A stretch of DNA of 34,687 nucleotides from a virus (Duplodnaviria; Caudoviricetes), in IMG/VR virus record IMGVR_UViG_3300032373_000069, positions 1 to 34,687 of that record; one strand, 5' to 3'. Positions 1-10,436 of the stretch are shown here, one piece after another. The stretch's first letter is position 1, and every line of letters begins with the position of its first letter. A model generated the notes under the pieces. That model saw only the letters and a list, made by a program, of their open reading frames with translations, did no database searches and had not been told where the DNA came from. The position numbers and the translations under genes were made by a program.

Positions 1-127
1 CGCGATAGACTGAGATTGCAGCCGACTTAACCGCTTCTGGTCCTCAAGGTCTGACGGGGGGATAGGGAACTTTGAAACGGTCATTAGAACTCTCCGTCCT
101 CAGTTACCGTCACATCAACTCCTTGAG
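1..127. repeat. Terminal direct repeat, copy 1 (identical to 34561-34687); genome is circular or circularly permuted
   Basis: cgcgatagac...ccttgag matches the last 127 nt exactly. The gene at 34309-34644 continues directly downstream of 84-1589 across the junction (overlapping stop/start). Confidence 0.97.
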
Positions 128-1589
128 CGTGTGTCCATAGCGCATCCTCTGCAATATCGACCTGAACTCTCGCATACCTGCATGAGCGAGTGAAATGGGC
201 CATGCCGTTCGCATCAACTGCGTTGGGGCCATCTGTGCTTGTCGCTCCGCTTGGGCTGTCACGGTACGTTAAACTAGCCGTATATGTGCCTCCATCGACA
301 TAAGGTCGAACACCGTCAAAGTATATGCGCTCATTTGGCTTGGTGAATAGCTCCATGCCGCCAAACTCAGAAGTCGTCATTGTCGCAGGTAATGCGCTGC
401 CGGAGAAAGACGATAATTTGAATGATGAATCGAATGCAGAAAGTGTAAGCTGGCCTTCAATCCACGTCCGACTATCAAGGGACGTTGTGAGCGTGTCCAT
501 GTTGCCGAATGTGTCTAGCTGGTCGAGCGTGTAAGATTGCGTGATGTTTGAGAACAGGGAAAAGCTGCTTTGTTTGCCGAATGTCCAGCGCTGCGTTTCC
601 CAGTTGTAAACGATCAATGTATCAGGCGTTCCGTCCGAAGAAGGAGAAGACGGGTAAGACCAATATACCTGCTTGTTTACGGGATCAGCAGCCGCAGTAA
701 CTCTATCAATGTAATTAAAGTCGAGGTCATTAAAGAAATACTCATCAACCTTTTGCGCTCCAATCGGAATGGACTGTGTGCCGTCAAATAAGAAGAATCC
801 ATCTTCTCCTATGTACGCTGCAAATGGGCCGACATTGACAACCGATCTAGGAATGAAAGCACCGCGTCCACGTTCGATCTCTGTGAAGCTGAATACGAGT
901 GGCGCACCTTCATAGCTAACACGATAGATCGACTTGTCCATGAAGATAGCGCCGTCAGCACCACCAACAGCACCCGTAATATGCTGCACTTTTCCGCCTG
1001 TTGGCAAATCCTGTCTGTCTGACTGCACTTGAGCAGCAGCGCTTGAACCAATGGAAGGCCATGTTGTCGGGTCATCGATAGCACACCACCAGACGCGGTT
1101 TGGAACGTTCCCGTCTGTGCTGTCCCAAGTGTTACCGACCATAACGAAGTTGTTAATGACTGAAATATGTTTTGCTCTTGGTGCCGCCGCAGCAAGGTCA
1201 GCGAATACAGTGCTTGTTCCCATGACATAGCTCTGAATTTGGTCTGTTGGGCCGTTACAAGCTATTACATTGTCACCGTAAGCTACAAACTCCCAAGCAT
1301 CTTCATCCGCAGTCGTATAAGCGCCAGTGCTTTTCGATATCTCGTCCCACGTTGTCGATGTGAGAATATATAGGTCGTTTATATCGCCAGCGAACGTTGA
1401 GAACGTGCCATCCGATTCGCGGAAGGCATTAGCGCCCTGCGGTCTGTTGGGGAGCGCATCGACAACTGACGACAACTTAGGCATTGGCCCATAAGACGTG
1501 CCAGTTGTTGACAATACGTTCTTAGCAATCGTTGAGCCGGGGTTCTGATAGTCTGCTTTGTCAGGTTCCCATGAGCCAAAAGGAAGCAT
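84..1589 (-). CDS. Tail nozzle / head-closure (DNA stabilisation) protein, P22 gp10 / T7 gp12-like
   Basis: 501 aa, beta-rich with repeated W/Y-x-W motifs typical of propeller nozzles; directly follows the adaptor gene in podoviral order. Confidence 0.7.
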   Translation of the reverse strand: MLPFGSWEPDKADYQNPGSTIAKNVLSTTGTSYGPMPKLSSVVDALPNRPQGANAFRESDGTFSTFAGDINDLYILTSTTWDEISKSTGAYTTADEDAWEFVAYGDNVIACNGPTDQIQSYVMGTSTVFADLAAAAPRAKHISVINNFVMVGNTWDSTDGNVPNRVWWCAIDDPTTWPSIGSSAAAQVQSDRQDLPTGGKVQHITGAVGGADGAIFMDKSIYRVSYEGAPLVFSFTEIERGRGAFIPRSVVNVGPFAAYIGEDGFFLFDGTQSIPIGAQKVDEYFFNDLDFNYIDRVTAAADPVNKQVYWSYPSSPSSDGTPDTLIVYNWETQRWTFGKQSSFSLFSNITQSYTLDQLDTFGNMDTLTTSLDSRTWIEGQLTLSAFDSSFKLSSFSGSALPATMTTSEFGGMELFTKPNERIYFDGVRPYVDGGTYTASLTYRDSPSGATSTDGPNAVDANGMAHFTRSCRYARVQVDIAEDALWTHAQGVDVTVTEDGEF

Positions 1590-1590
1590 A

Positions 1591-2241
1591 TTAGTAACCC
1601 CTGTTTATGTCGAATCTGCCTGTTTTGACTAATGCACTATCAACTCTCGACGTGGCGTTTCTGCGTGATCTGTTGTCGTTGCGGTTTAGATCGTCCATCG
1701 CAGTAGTGAGGCCAGATGACCATAAGCTGATATCTTCGGCCTTCTTGATGTATGCTTTTGCTTCCAATAGCGCACCGTAAAGGTATGCGTCAGGCGCGTT
1801 CAAGATAAGCCAGTTTGTCAGGTCTGTTTCAATATCCCATCTCTTAAAATAATTGAGCGATAATGAATATTCTTGGTCTGCGTTGGTATTGAACAAAAGA
1901 TTGTAGCCGTTTGTCGTCGCATAAAGGCGTGGGCGGCTTAATGACGTTGACGTGTTGGATTGGCTGTTGAGTGCCTTAACAGATTGCGCCGTTAACGCGC
2001 TCTTGTCGTCACTGTGGATTAGATCGATAGTCTCAACCCAATCTGATGGAAGCGTTGCCGTGTTAGCACCTTGCGCCACCGTCACAGTCGCCGTTGCCTC
2101 TTGTTGTAGCAGTCTCAGCTTCCTATTCAGCCGTGACTCCGCAAACTGCACGAAATTGGACAGGACAACATCTGAGAGGTCTGAGCGATGGAGGTAATCT
2201 GCAAGTGTGGTTTTTAAACTGGAATAATCAACGATTGCCAT
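1591..2241 (-). CDS. Head-tail adaptor (tail tubular protein A-like)
   Basis: 216 aa; YSSLKTTLADYLHR..FVQFAE..LNR N-terminus and NWL...PDAYLYGAL motif; position after the capsid gene. Confidence 0.75.
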   Translation of the reverse strand: MAIVDYSSLKTTLADYLHRSDLSDVVLSNFVQFAESRLNRKLRLLQQEATATVTVAQGANTATLPSDWVETIDLIHSDDKSALTAQSVKALNSQSNTSTSLSRPRLYATTNGYNLLFNTNADQEYSLSLNYFKRWDIETDLTNWLILNAPDAYLYGALLEAKAYIKKAEDISLWSSGLTTAMDDLNRNDNRSRRNATSRVDSALVKTGRFDINRGY

Positions 2242-2446
2242 TGCGCTTTACCTTGCTTTTGGGTTTACGCTTTCTGTCAGCGATACGTGGAATCTTTGTT
2301 GGTTCTTCAACGATAGGTGCGACAACTGCCTTTGGTTCTTTTTCTAGGTCAGGGGTCCATCCTTCGGGGATAGCATCAACGAACGCAATCATTGAGTTGA
2401 TAACGCCCTGCTCGTTCTTACGGTAAACCATGCAACGTTTAGCCAT
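2228..2446 (-). CDS. Small hypothetical protein (likely start MAKRC at 2446)
   Basis: Short ORF between the capsid terminator and the adaptor; GGAG RBS upstream of 2446. Confidence 0.55.
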   Translation of the reverse strand: MAKRCMVYRKNEQGVINSMIAFVDAIPEGWTPDLEKEPKAVVAPIVEEPTKIPRIADRKRKPKSKVKRNGNR

Positions 2447-2458
2447 GACATTTCTCCA

Positions 2459-2495
2459 GAAAGAAAGTGCGGGGAGAGCGTGAACCCTCCCCGCA
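2459..2495 (-). terminator. Rho-independent terminator after the major capsid gene
   Basis: Minus strand TGCGGGGAGGG-TTCACG-CTCTCCCCGCA followed by CTTTCTTT. Confidence 0.75.
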
Positions 2496-2502
2496 ACATT
2501 GC

Positions 2503-3699
2503 TTAGTTGTTGCCGATACGACAAGCCAACTCAGGACGGATAGACTTATAACCGTACAGAACATCAATACGACAAGGGAATTTGTCGTTGTTGATGTCAT
2601 AGTCTCGAACGATACGAAGTGAGATGCCGTCGAGTTGCTTACGAGCAGCCATGTCAACGCCCTTTGGCATTACCAAGTCAGCCGTTGCGAATGCAAAAGC
2701 GTCTTTGTGATATGCCATTGAGTTTGAGTAGACAGAAGAAGCAGCGCCGCCAAGTTTCAACACTGGTGCGTTGTCAGCAGGAGCAGCCGTTACGTTCTGA
2801 GAACCGCCTGTGATCGAGATTGCCGGGGAGATGGCAATAGTCGTCGCAGAAGTGCCAGTCGCAGCCGTCACAACGAACTGTTGCAACTGGCCTGTGTCAG
2901 CCTTTGTCTCAGGGTGTACGCGGTTAACGCCTGTGATGGTGATAACGTCACCAGCAGTAAACGTACCTGCACCAGTGTCAACTGTCAGGCTTGAGCCTGT
3001 CTGGTCAGCACCGTCTACGAGGTAGTCACCTGTTGCATCGTCTGTTCCCGAAGTATGGGAAGGCCACAATGTATTCTCATAGATGCCATCAAAGCCAGCG
3101 AACGGACCAGCCAAGCGACCTTGCTTGTAGTTGCTAGACAGTTTGTCTTGAGCGTTGAACAGACCTTTGAGAGCGTCAACCATATCGACGTTTGATTGCG
3201 TGTCGAGGTTGAGGCAACGTGAGTCGTATGGTGTCAGGTTGTCAGTCAATCGCTTGCCAGCTTCAAGAGCCTTTGCGAAAGTCATAGACGACCCTGCGTT
3301 ATCAACGAAGTTATAAACCTCTTTGTAGACGCTGTTCATCATGTCGTATTCGATGTTTGACGCAAGAACAGACATTGCAGGGTCAATGATACGGTTTGAG
3401 AAATCATCGATGTCCAGTGTCAATTCTTCGGACGTGAAGTTAACGTCAACACCTTTTTGGCTTGTGACTGGCAAAGCAACGCTTGTCTCAGTGCTGTCTT
3501 GCGCTGAAAGTGTCGCACCAGAACGCACCGTGTATTGATTCGGCAGACGAACGCGAAGCGTATCGCCAATCTTAGCGCCTGACTTTGCAAAGCTGGAATC
3601 ATACTGGCGGTTAACTGTGCCAATGAAGTTTAGTTTTTGATGCAGGACCATCAACGCTTGGTTGGTAATCATGTCAATCGTTAGGTTAGTGTTAGCCAT
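2503..3699 (-). CDS. Major capsid protein, P22 gp5 coat family
   Basis: MAN.LT..MIT..AL.VL, GAKIGDT.RVR.P, FATA.L, RIDVLYG motifs characteristic of the P22-coat family. Confidence 0.92.
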   Translation of the reverse strand: MANTNLTIDMITNQALMVLHQKLNFIGTVNRQYDSSFAKSGAKIGDTLRVRLPNQYTVRSGATLSAQDSTETSVALPVTSQKGVDVNFTSEELTLDIDDFSNRIIDPAMSVLASNIEYDMMNSVYKEVYNFVDNAGSSMTFAKALEAGKRLTDNLTPYDSRCLNLDTQSNVDMVDALKGLFNAQDKLSSNYKQGRLAGPFAGFDGIYENTLWPSHTSGTDDATGDYLVDGADQTGSSLTVDTGAGTFTAGDVITITGVNRVHPETKADTGQLQQFVVTAATGTSATTIAISPAISITGGSQNVTAAPADNAPVLKLGGAASSVYSNSMAYHKDAFAFATADLVMPKGVDMAARKQLDGISLRIVRDYDINNDKFPCRIDVLYGYKSIRPELACRIGNN

Positions 3700-3704
3700 T
3701 GCTC

Positions 3705-4661
3705 TTATCCTTGTTTACGTTTCCGAGCCATGTATGCCTCTCTGTATGCGGCAGGGTCGGAAATCTTGGAGAGGTTTGACGGGGCTTTCTGTCGCCTTGG
3801 CTTAACTGCTTTCGGTGGCTGCTTAACCTCTGTCGGCTGCTTTGCCTTGGCGCTTTTTGCCTTCGCCGCTTGAATAGCTTTAAACCCAACTTGAGCATAG
3901 TATAGCGTTTTGATTTCTTGTGGACGTACCGCCCGCGAAACTGCTTCTGGTGCGAACCCGATAACATCAACAGCAAACTTGCCAAGCTCAGTTTTAAGCT
4001 CATCGCCCCAATTCGGGATTTCAGACTTCATAGCTTCGTCAGTGCGCTGGGCTGTCTTTGCCATATTCTCGTTGTGCAACTGCGTTCGATGCTGTTCCGC
4101 TACCTGAACATCTTGAATTAATGCGTTCCTAGCTTGGCCTAACTGCTCCATTTGGTGACGGAGTTTGGTCGCGCCCGCTAGATCAGTATCGTAGTAGCTA
4201 TTCCAGTCGATAGACTCATAGTCTTTGAGTTGCCTATCAATAGCAGACAATTCTGCCATTTTCTCTGAATTAGCTCTCGATGCCTCGACATACTGCTTGA
4301 AGTCCTCTTGCTCGGCTTCATACGCTTTCCGACTTTCAGCTAGTGCTTGTGTCTTGTGCGTGTAATCCTGATCTCGCATGATCGCATCTTTGATCTCAGC
4401 GGGAACAGCATATTTTTTGCCGTCATATTCGACTTCTACTGTGTCGGATGCGACTTCTGAATCGTCGTCGCTATCAGCGTCGTCATCATCAGTCTGGTCG
4501 CTTTCGGAGTCGTCGTCGTCTTCTTCTTCCGGCTCCGTATCAATGGACTCATCGTCCTCTCCAGTGACTTCATCTTCGGCAGAAGTTTGGTCATCATCGA
4601 CTTCTTCCGCGTCAGGTATGGACGTGTCAACTGCAACGCTACCCAATTCTTCGTCAACCAT
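3705..4661 (-). CDS. Scaffolding protein (likely start 4661)
   Basis: Very acidic N-terminus, DYTHKTQALAE coiled-coil motif, basic C-terminus; directly upstream of the coat gene. Confidence 0.85.
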   Translation of the reverse strand: MVDEELGSVAVDTSIPDAEEVDDDQTSAEDEVTGEDDESIDTEPEEEDDDDSESDQTDDDDADSDDDSEVASDTVEVEYDGKKYAVPAEIKDAIMRDQDYTHKTQALAESRKAYEAEQEDFKQYVEASRANSEKMAELSAIDRQLKDYESIDWNSYYDTDLAGATKLRHQMEQLGQARNALIQDVQVAEQHRTQLHNENMAKTAQRTDEAMKSEIPNWGDELKTELGKFAVDVIGFAPEAVSRAVRPQEIKTLYYAQVGFKAIQAAKAKSAKAKQPTEVKQPPKAVKPRRQKAPSNLSKISDPAAYREAYMARKRKQG

Positions 4662-4671
4662 ATCAAAAATC

Positions 4672-4947
4672 TCACAATTCGGCAAGAATAAGTAGCAACG
4701 CCAGATCGTCGTCGCTTTCGGCTACTCCATCCACTGCCGTTATGGATGGAACCATGATCTTATTTATCTTGTAAACCTGTTCACTTTGTACGCTCTTGGC
4801 CTGTATATCCCCGGCGCTTTCTTTTGCTGCCTCCCGGCCAAAATGTTCTTCTCTAAGAGTTGAAAGATACCTATTCGCCTTTTCTTCATCGAACCCTTTA
4901 GGAACGCCACCTGTTCGCGGCTGGTTGCATAAAAGTGCCGCTAACAT
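4672..4947 (-). CDS. Hypothetical protein
   Basis: 91 aa ORF coupled to its neighbours; ends DDDLALLLIL. Confidence 0.55.
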   Translation of the reverse strand: MLAALLCNQPRTGGVPKGFDEEKANRYLSTLREEHFGREAAKESAGDIQAKSVQSEQVYKINKIMVPSITAVDGVAESDDDLALLLILAEL

Positions 4948-6179
4948 TACTTGTTGTCGTACAGGTTAAGGCTGGTTCGCCCGATGACATCAACATCACC
5001 TTGCCCCCCAGATGCAGCAGTCGCAGTAAAGTACAGGACATCTCGTGCGTTCAATCTGAACCTAATCGGGTCGACCAAACTACTCTCAAGCGTGACAGAT
5101 GTATCAATGCTATCTCTGTAAATCTCATACCTAGTACCCACTAACCGACTGTACGAATAGCCTTTTAGTTCTATCGTCTTCGACTTGTTGCTTGTGATGG
5201 CCTTGAACCACACCATAGCTGCTGATGCCGTTTGGTTAAACCCTGTGTGGAATATCATCTGCTGCGTCACTGATCCAAGCGCAGGGATAACGGCTTGAAC
5301 TGAACCACCTGTTGTCGCTGTGACTGTAATGTCATTGGCGTTGTATGTTAGACCACCGTTGGTGTTTACCGCTGCTCTGTTAATGCCTAGACCAGTGAAG
5401 GATGTAACGTCACTGCCTGTACTGCCGAGCGTATGAACTGCAAGGGCCTGATTGCCATCAGCATCTAAGTAATAGATCACTAACGATAATGCGCCTGTCG
5501 TGCCGAGGCCATCAGTCGTGCTGTTGTATGCAATGGTGAAAGTCGATGCCGTTGTGATAATCGTGAAGTCATTAGGTGATGCTGCCCACACGACTTGCTC
5601 TGTACCAGCGGTCAGTGTTTCACGATAGCCAAACTTGTTCCAACTTGTGACGCCACTGCGTAGCCCTCTAATCACCTCATCTTGGTAGTTAGTCGGGCGA
5701 GTTGCTGCACCGTCACTGTCCAAGCCAATACTCTGGTTGCCGGGTGTGTTCGATGCCCTGAACGTGCCGTAGTAGCAATGCAAACGCATATATGTTTGAG
5801 CATCTGTGTCGTTGACATAGCGAAGTCGGAAGTATCGCGGCCCTTTTACGGCTGTGTGAAACTCATGGATGTTCGCCGCAACGGTAAAGCCTTGAACTGG
5901 GAACGTGCTGTCTGCGTTGACACCATCGTTAGAGAAATCGAAGTAAAGCGTCCCAGCGCCATCCGTCTTCATCGACACCATAACTTCTGACTGGTTGTTC
6001 TGTTCCCATTCGCCAGTGAACGTGGCTGATGCGTCTAATGGCTCAAGCGTTGTGTTGCCCGTACTCTCAAACGAATATTGCTCCACAATCTCGTTATGAA
6101 CTTCGCCAGCATCAGTGGTGACTTTGTTCGTGTTGAGGCTTTTCCCTGTACCTTCTACCGGGATAAAGTCATCGCTCAT
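4947..6179 (-). CDS. Putative virion structural / head-associated beta-rich protein
   Basis: 410 aa, Thr/Gly/Ser-rich, located between portal and scaffold. Confidence 0.5.
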   Translation of the reverse strand: MSDDFIPVEGTGKSLNTNKVTTDAGEVHNEIVEQYSFESTGNTTLEPLDASATFTGEWEQNNQSEVMVSMKTDGAGTLYFDFSNDGVNADSTFPVQGFTVAANIHEFHTAVKGPRYFRLRYVNDTDAQTYMRLHCYYGTFRASNTPGNQSIGLDSDGAATRPTNYQDEVIRGLRSGVTSWNKFGYRETLTAGTEQVVWAASPNDFTIITTASTFTIAYNSTTDGLGTTGALSLVIYYLDADGNQALAVHTLGSTGSDVTSFTGLGINRAAVNTNGGLTYNANDITVTATTGGSVQAVIPALGSVTQQMIFHTGFNQTASAAMVWFKAITSNKSKTIELKGYSYSRLVGTRYEIYRDSIDTSVTLESSLVDPIRFRLNARDVLYFTATAASGGQGDVDVIGRTSLNLYDNK

Positions 6180-8518
6180 TCTTCATTGACCTTTGCGCCC
6201 GTGATCTTGCCGTCAGCGTCACGCTGGATATCGATGTTTTTTGACCCGCTTTGGACATTAAACACTTGGACGGGTTCACGTTCTTCTCGCTCAACTTCGA
6301 CTTCCATGCTTGGGGCCGTTGATTGGGATGCTTTCATACAAGCGTCGGCTTCTGCTTTGAATTGCTCAAGAGCGAGCTTTTGTTCTTCAAGCAATAGCTT
6401 TTGTTCTTCAATCGTGATGCGGCGTTCTTCAAGCGCTGAGTCAATCTCTGTCTTTGCTTGATCGTGATTCAATTCCATCTGCTTTAGAATGCGTGGCATC
6501 TCGTCAAATGGCGTTTCTTTAGACGCTTTGGCGACTTCAAGCTGCAACTGTTGGCGCTTATACTCTGCGTCAACTTCTGCCTTGAGCCGATCAGTCTCAG
6601 CCTTCAAGCGGTTCGTCTCAGCGTTGGCAGAGTCGATGCCTAGCTTCTCCCGGTCCACTTGAATCTCAGCCATCTTTGCCTCTTTGCCAGCCATTAGCTG
6701 TTGGATCACAGCGTCCATCTCTTTGACCTGCGCTGCCAGCCGTGCCGCTTGTGGGTCTTGTTCTTCGTCTATAACACCCGGTGGCAATATAGCCTTGAGG
6801 CGCTTGGCGAATGCGTCAGCGTTGGGCCAATCCATGCTTTCAACTAATAGATCGCCTGTGACGCTCGCTGCTTGTGGGAACGCTTGGAGCAACGCAATCA
6901 TGCTCTCACGGCTTTCCTCGCGCTGTGTGGTGTACGATGGGCCAGCCTTGACCGTCACGTCATATTTGCCAACACGCAGATCATAGATGCTGTCTATCGC
7001 TTCCATTTGGTCCTGATAGTGGTCAGGTAGCATTTCTTCTTTGGTCTGAGGCGCACCGTTAACTCGCACTGTCTGAGGTGCCTCGTCTTGACCAATAATT
7101 CTAATCACTCGCTCTTGGTTGTAAACATGAGGTATCAAGTCAATGATGATGACCCCTGCGTGTCGGATAGCGCGGCTCATGTTGTCGATAAAGTGGAACG
7201 TTGACGTATCACCTTCACGGACACGCTTGCCGATAGCGACACCGCTTATCTCATTGCCGGGAGCGCCCATAGACGCATCATGCAAGCCCATAACCGTTTT
7301 CATGTCGTCAGAAGCGTTCAATGCCTCTTGCAATGCTCCGGCTGGTGGACCTGCGAACGGCTGGCGCTGTGGAGGAACAGGGCCGTCATACTCAAGGAAC
7401 GGGATTGTCTCAGTGTTCGCCACTTGCCAATTCTGCAAGTCAGTGTCGAATGAACCTGTCGGTCCAATCCAAGGTGCTTTAGGTGCAAGCGCGACAAGCT
7501 CTGTCGTCGTTGTACGCCAGTAGTTATACATACGCTGCGAGTCTTTGGCGAAGTGTACTAAGCTAAAGAAATGCCGTTCGCCTTCGCTGTAAACTTCCTC
7601 GCCGTAAACTGGGATGATAGGGATGTATGCGCCTTCCCATTCATCATGCTCAAGGATTTCTTTGCCGTTCATAATATAACGCATGACTTTGTGCTTAGTT
7701 GACTTGCGGGTTTTGATAACCTCAACCCCCATTGCGGCCAGCGTTTCTTGAGCTTCTTCAAGCTGCTCGTCGTCTAATACGTCACCAGTGTTTAATAGGT
7801 GAATGTTGTATTCTTCATCATTGCGCGTCCAATATTCGGCAATGCGAACGGACTTATCTTCGAACCACAACGCCTCTTTGTCAGTGTATGAACCTTCTTT
7901 GAAGTCGATAGGGTCAGCGTCAGGGTATTCAACCTTAAATTCGTCAATCGGCATCATCTCAGTCAAGAAGCAATAGTTCCAGTCTGAGCTATCAGCCGCA
8001 GTTGAATAAGCGTCAGGGTAAACCGTCAACGGATTCAAGATGCGGTTAATCTTGATCTCCATGTCAAACGTATCTTCTGAACAGTAATCAACATCGACGC
8101 GGAAGAAGCCCATGCCGCCAGATGCAGCGCAATCAATAGCCGTGTCGTATGCAAGGTCAGCTTTCGAAATGCCTTCGATATTTCTAATCAGGCCATTGAT
8201 AACTTCCGCTGTCTTAGGGTCTGATGTGTTGTCTTGGGGGAGGACTTTAATCTGTGGCTTGTTTTGTCTCGCATCGTTTGACACTTGGCGAATGAATGAC
8301 GGGAGGCGGTTGATCGTAATCATGGGCCGTCCGTCTTGCTTCCGTCGCTCTGCGTCGTCGTCGTCCCATTGCTCACCCATACGGGCAAACTTCACATCGT
8401 CCTCATAGCGGCGCTGGTTTTCTTCCCAAGCCTCTTGTGATTGCTCGAACCTTTCTAGGGCTTCTTCAAGAATCTCTTCACTCTCTTTCTCAGAAAGCGT
8501 TTTTTCTTCATCAACCAT
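6176..8518 (-). CDS. Portal protein, P22-like
   Basis: 780 aa; GEQW, RPMITIN, YIPIIPVYG, KDSQRMYNY, GPSYTTQRE motifs and a long C-terminal coiled-coil barrel. Confidence 0.93.
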   Translation of the reverse strand: MVDEEKTLSEKESEEILEEALERFEQSQEAWEENQRRYEDDVKFARMGEQWDDDDAERRKQDGRPMITINRLPSFIRQVSNDARQNKPQIKVLPQDNTSDPKTAEVINGLIRNIEGISKADLAYDTAIDCAASGGMGFFRVDVDYCSEDTFDMEIKINRILNPLTVYPDAYSTAADSSDWNYCFLTEMMPIDEFKVEYPDADPIDFKEGSYTDKEALWFEDKSVRIAEYWTRNDEEYNIHLLNTGDVLDDEQLEEAQETLAAMGVEVIKTRKSTKHKVMRYIMNGKEILEHDEWEGAYIPIIPVYGEEVYSEGERHFFSLVHFAKDSQRMYNYWRTTTTELVALAPKAPWIGPTGSFDTDLQNWQVANTETIPFLEYDGPVPPQRQPFAGPPAGALQEALNASDDMKTVMGLHDASMGAPGNEISGVAIGKRVREGDTSTFHFIDNMSRAIRHAGVIIIDLIPHVYNQERVIRIIGQDEAPQTVRVNGAPQTKEEMLPDHYQDQMEAIDSIYDLRVGKYDVTVKAGPSYTTQREESRESMIALLQAFPQAASVTGDLLVESMDWPNADAFAKRLKAILPPGVIDEEQDPQAARLAAQVKEMDAVIQQLMAGKEAKMAEIQVDREKLGIDSANAETNRLKAETDRLKAEVDAEYKRQQLQLEVAKASKETPFDEMPRILKQMELNHDQAKTEIDSALEERRITIEEQKLLLEEQKLALEQFKAEADACMKASQSTAPSMEVEVEREEREPVQVFNVQSGSKNIDIQRDADGKITGAKVNEE

Positions 8519-8577
8519 TGGGAACCCTATAAAAAATTATGAAAGGTTTGAATTATTACCACACATCTGCGCAAATC

Positions 8578-9819
8578 TCAACCCATCCATCCACTTCGCT
8601 TAACCGGACGAGTGCGCTTTGTTTTCTTTCTTATCAACGATGGGAATAGCTCAGTGAACAACCAAACCGCGCTATCAACCCGGTCAGGCGAGCCAGAACC
8701 TTCAAAGCCACCAGAAGTCATCTGGCATAGCTGCATTTCAAGTTCTGGGAATGTCCCTACGTGGCTGATCTGGTTATTTTGGTATAGCGCACTGATAGGC
8801 TCTGCCCTGACGTGTTTTCCACGCGTTGCAGTGACTTCAACGACTTTTACGCTTGGACGTACCGACTTGAGCGTGTTCGTCACCATGTCGCCGCCTTGGT
8901 TGCGCTCAACAACGATTGCATCAGCTTCATATCGATCATAGGCAGATATGGCGCGTTCCGCCCATTGCCGAGGAGAACCTTTCATCGTCACATCATCAAG
9001 CAGATACCCTCGACCATCTTCGCCTTCGCCGCCTACCGTTATACCGTGCTCGTCTGAGCCTTCGTTATTCGATACGGCAGGGTCAACGCTGACGAGTATG
9101 CGCTTCATTATTGGCGCTTCTTCTCTGCGGTTCTCATGGATGTTTGCCATGTTGAATATAGCACCAACAGCTTGCGGCATATATTCGCCAAGCCAGACGT
9201 GCGCGTACATATCACGCTCTTGCTTGTAATCGTGCAGACGTTCCTTTTCCAGCGTTTCGGGGAATAGGTTGTTCTCGTCGTAATTCACTTTCCGAATGAT
9301 TGCATCTTCTGGCGGCTTTTCACCTCTAAAGAACTTGTCAACCGGGTCTGCTGCAAAGCGTGGATTCCAGCTAAACCAAAGCTCAGAACCCGGCGCTCGC
9401 ATCGTCGGTCTAAGCAACCGGAGTGAAATTTCTGAGAGTGTCGCAGCCTCTTCGGCCCAAGCAACATGGAAATTTTCTAGCGACTTTATGGACTCGCTGT
9501 TGTGCTGGTTCATGCCTTGAAAGATGATAACGCCGCTGCCGGGAGTGATAATGCGGTCTTTCTGGATATCAAAACGGTCGTACATCCCCATGGCTGATAT
9601 CTTATCTTCTAAGAGAAGTTTCGCGCTTTCTGATAGTGACTTCTGGACTTCACGGATACACACGCCACGGAAGCCTTTTGTCTCCCCTGCGTTAGCTATC
9701 ATGCACTCTGCAAAGAAATGAGACTTTGCGCTACCTCTGCCGCCGTACAGCGCCTTATATCGTGACGGCACGATAAGGTCTGCGGAGAAGTCGAATGCTT
9801 CCCCTACTTTGTAGGCCAT
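8578..9819 (-). CDS. terL: Terminase large subunit (PBSX-like)
   Basis: Walker A GGRGSAKS, Walker B VAWAEEA, SWNP motif, nuclease residues VSVDPA and PDRVD. Confidence 0.95.
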   Translation of the reverse strand: MAYKVGEAFDFSADLIVPSRYKALYGGRGSAKSHFFAECMIANAGETKGFRGVCIREVQKSLSESAKLLLEDKISAMGMYDRFDIQKDRIITPGSGVIIFQGMNQHNSESIKSLENFHVAWAEEAATLSEISLRLLRPTMRAPGSELWFSWNPRFAADPVDKFFRGEKPPEDAIIRKVNYDENNLFPETLEKERLHDYKQERDMYAHVWLGEYMPQAVGAIFNMANIHENRREEAPIMKRILVSVDPAVSNNEGSDEHGITVGGEGEDGRGYLLDDVTMKGSPRQWAERAISAYDRYEADAIVVERNQGGDMVTNTLKSVRPSVKVVEVTATRGKHVRAEPISALYQNNQISHVGTFPELEMQLCQMTSGGFEGSGSPDRVDSAVWLFTELFPSLIRKKTKRTRPVKRSGWMG

Positions 9820-10184
9820 AAGACCAAAGGTTCCCCGTCCTTGCCTGTGATCTCCTGCTCAACCTTATCCCTGTAATCTTTGTGAAACCTGTTCTTCATT
9901 TGGAAGATAAACGAACTGGCGTTTCCAGTGCCTTCCGTGGCTTGGACCTTCCCAACTCGCTCCCACCACACTTGACTTCGGAGGTTAGCCCCCTTTATGG
10001 CGTCCGAAAATGCTGTGTGCTGGTCAATCCAATTGTACAAAGTATCTTTGGAGATACCCAAGGCAGCAGCAATTTCTGCCATGCTCTCGCCTTCGTCCCC
10101 TAGCTCATTTGCAGCCTCAACCATCTTTGCGCTGTACTTGGTTGGGCGACCTAGTGGCTTTTTATTTACACCTTTTGCCATCAA
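9804..10184 (-). CDS. terS: Terminase small subunit
   Basis: GRPTKY N-terminus, HTH (IAAALGISKDTLYNW), IFQMKNRF, TGKDGEP C-terminus; overlaps terL. Confidence 0.88.
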   Translation of the reverse strand: MMAKGVNKKPLGRPTKYSAKMVEAANELGDEGESMAEIAAALGISKDTLYNWIDQHTAFSDAIKGANLRSQVWWERVGKVQATEGTGNASSFIFQMKNRFHKDYRDKVEQEITGKDGEPLVLWPTK

Positions 10185-10432
10185 TGCAATCTCTCTTTGT
10201 TTTCTTCTATTGCCCGGTCATGGAACTCTGTCGCTTCGTAAGCTAACCCAACGAGATCAATATCATCGTCACGGTCTAGGCTTTGAAGATATTTAACAAC
10301 GTTGAACTTTTTGTCTAAGTCGGCAACCAGTGCAGCAAATTCATAAAGAACTTGAGATTGATCTATTAACACATCAACTTTTTCTTGGTCGGTTAAGTCG
10401 TCATAGTCAACAAAGTCTGATTCATCCATCAC
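10181..10432 (-). CDS. Hypothetical protein
   Basis: 83 aa acidic ORF coupled to terS. Confidence 0.6.
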   Translation of the reverse strand: MMDESDFVDYDDLTDQEKVDVLIDQSQVLYEFAALVADLDKKFNVVKYLQSLDRDDDIDLVGLAYEATEFHDRAIEENKERLH

Positions 10433-10436
10433 GGCG

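Noticed and set aside
1-127. 127-bp terminal repeat as a biological direct terminal repeat
   Set aside because: It falls across coding sequence at a gene junction and its length equals a common assembler k-mer, so it is best read as a circular assembly overlap.
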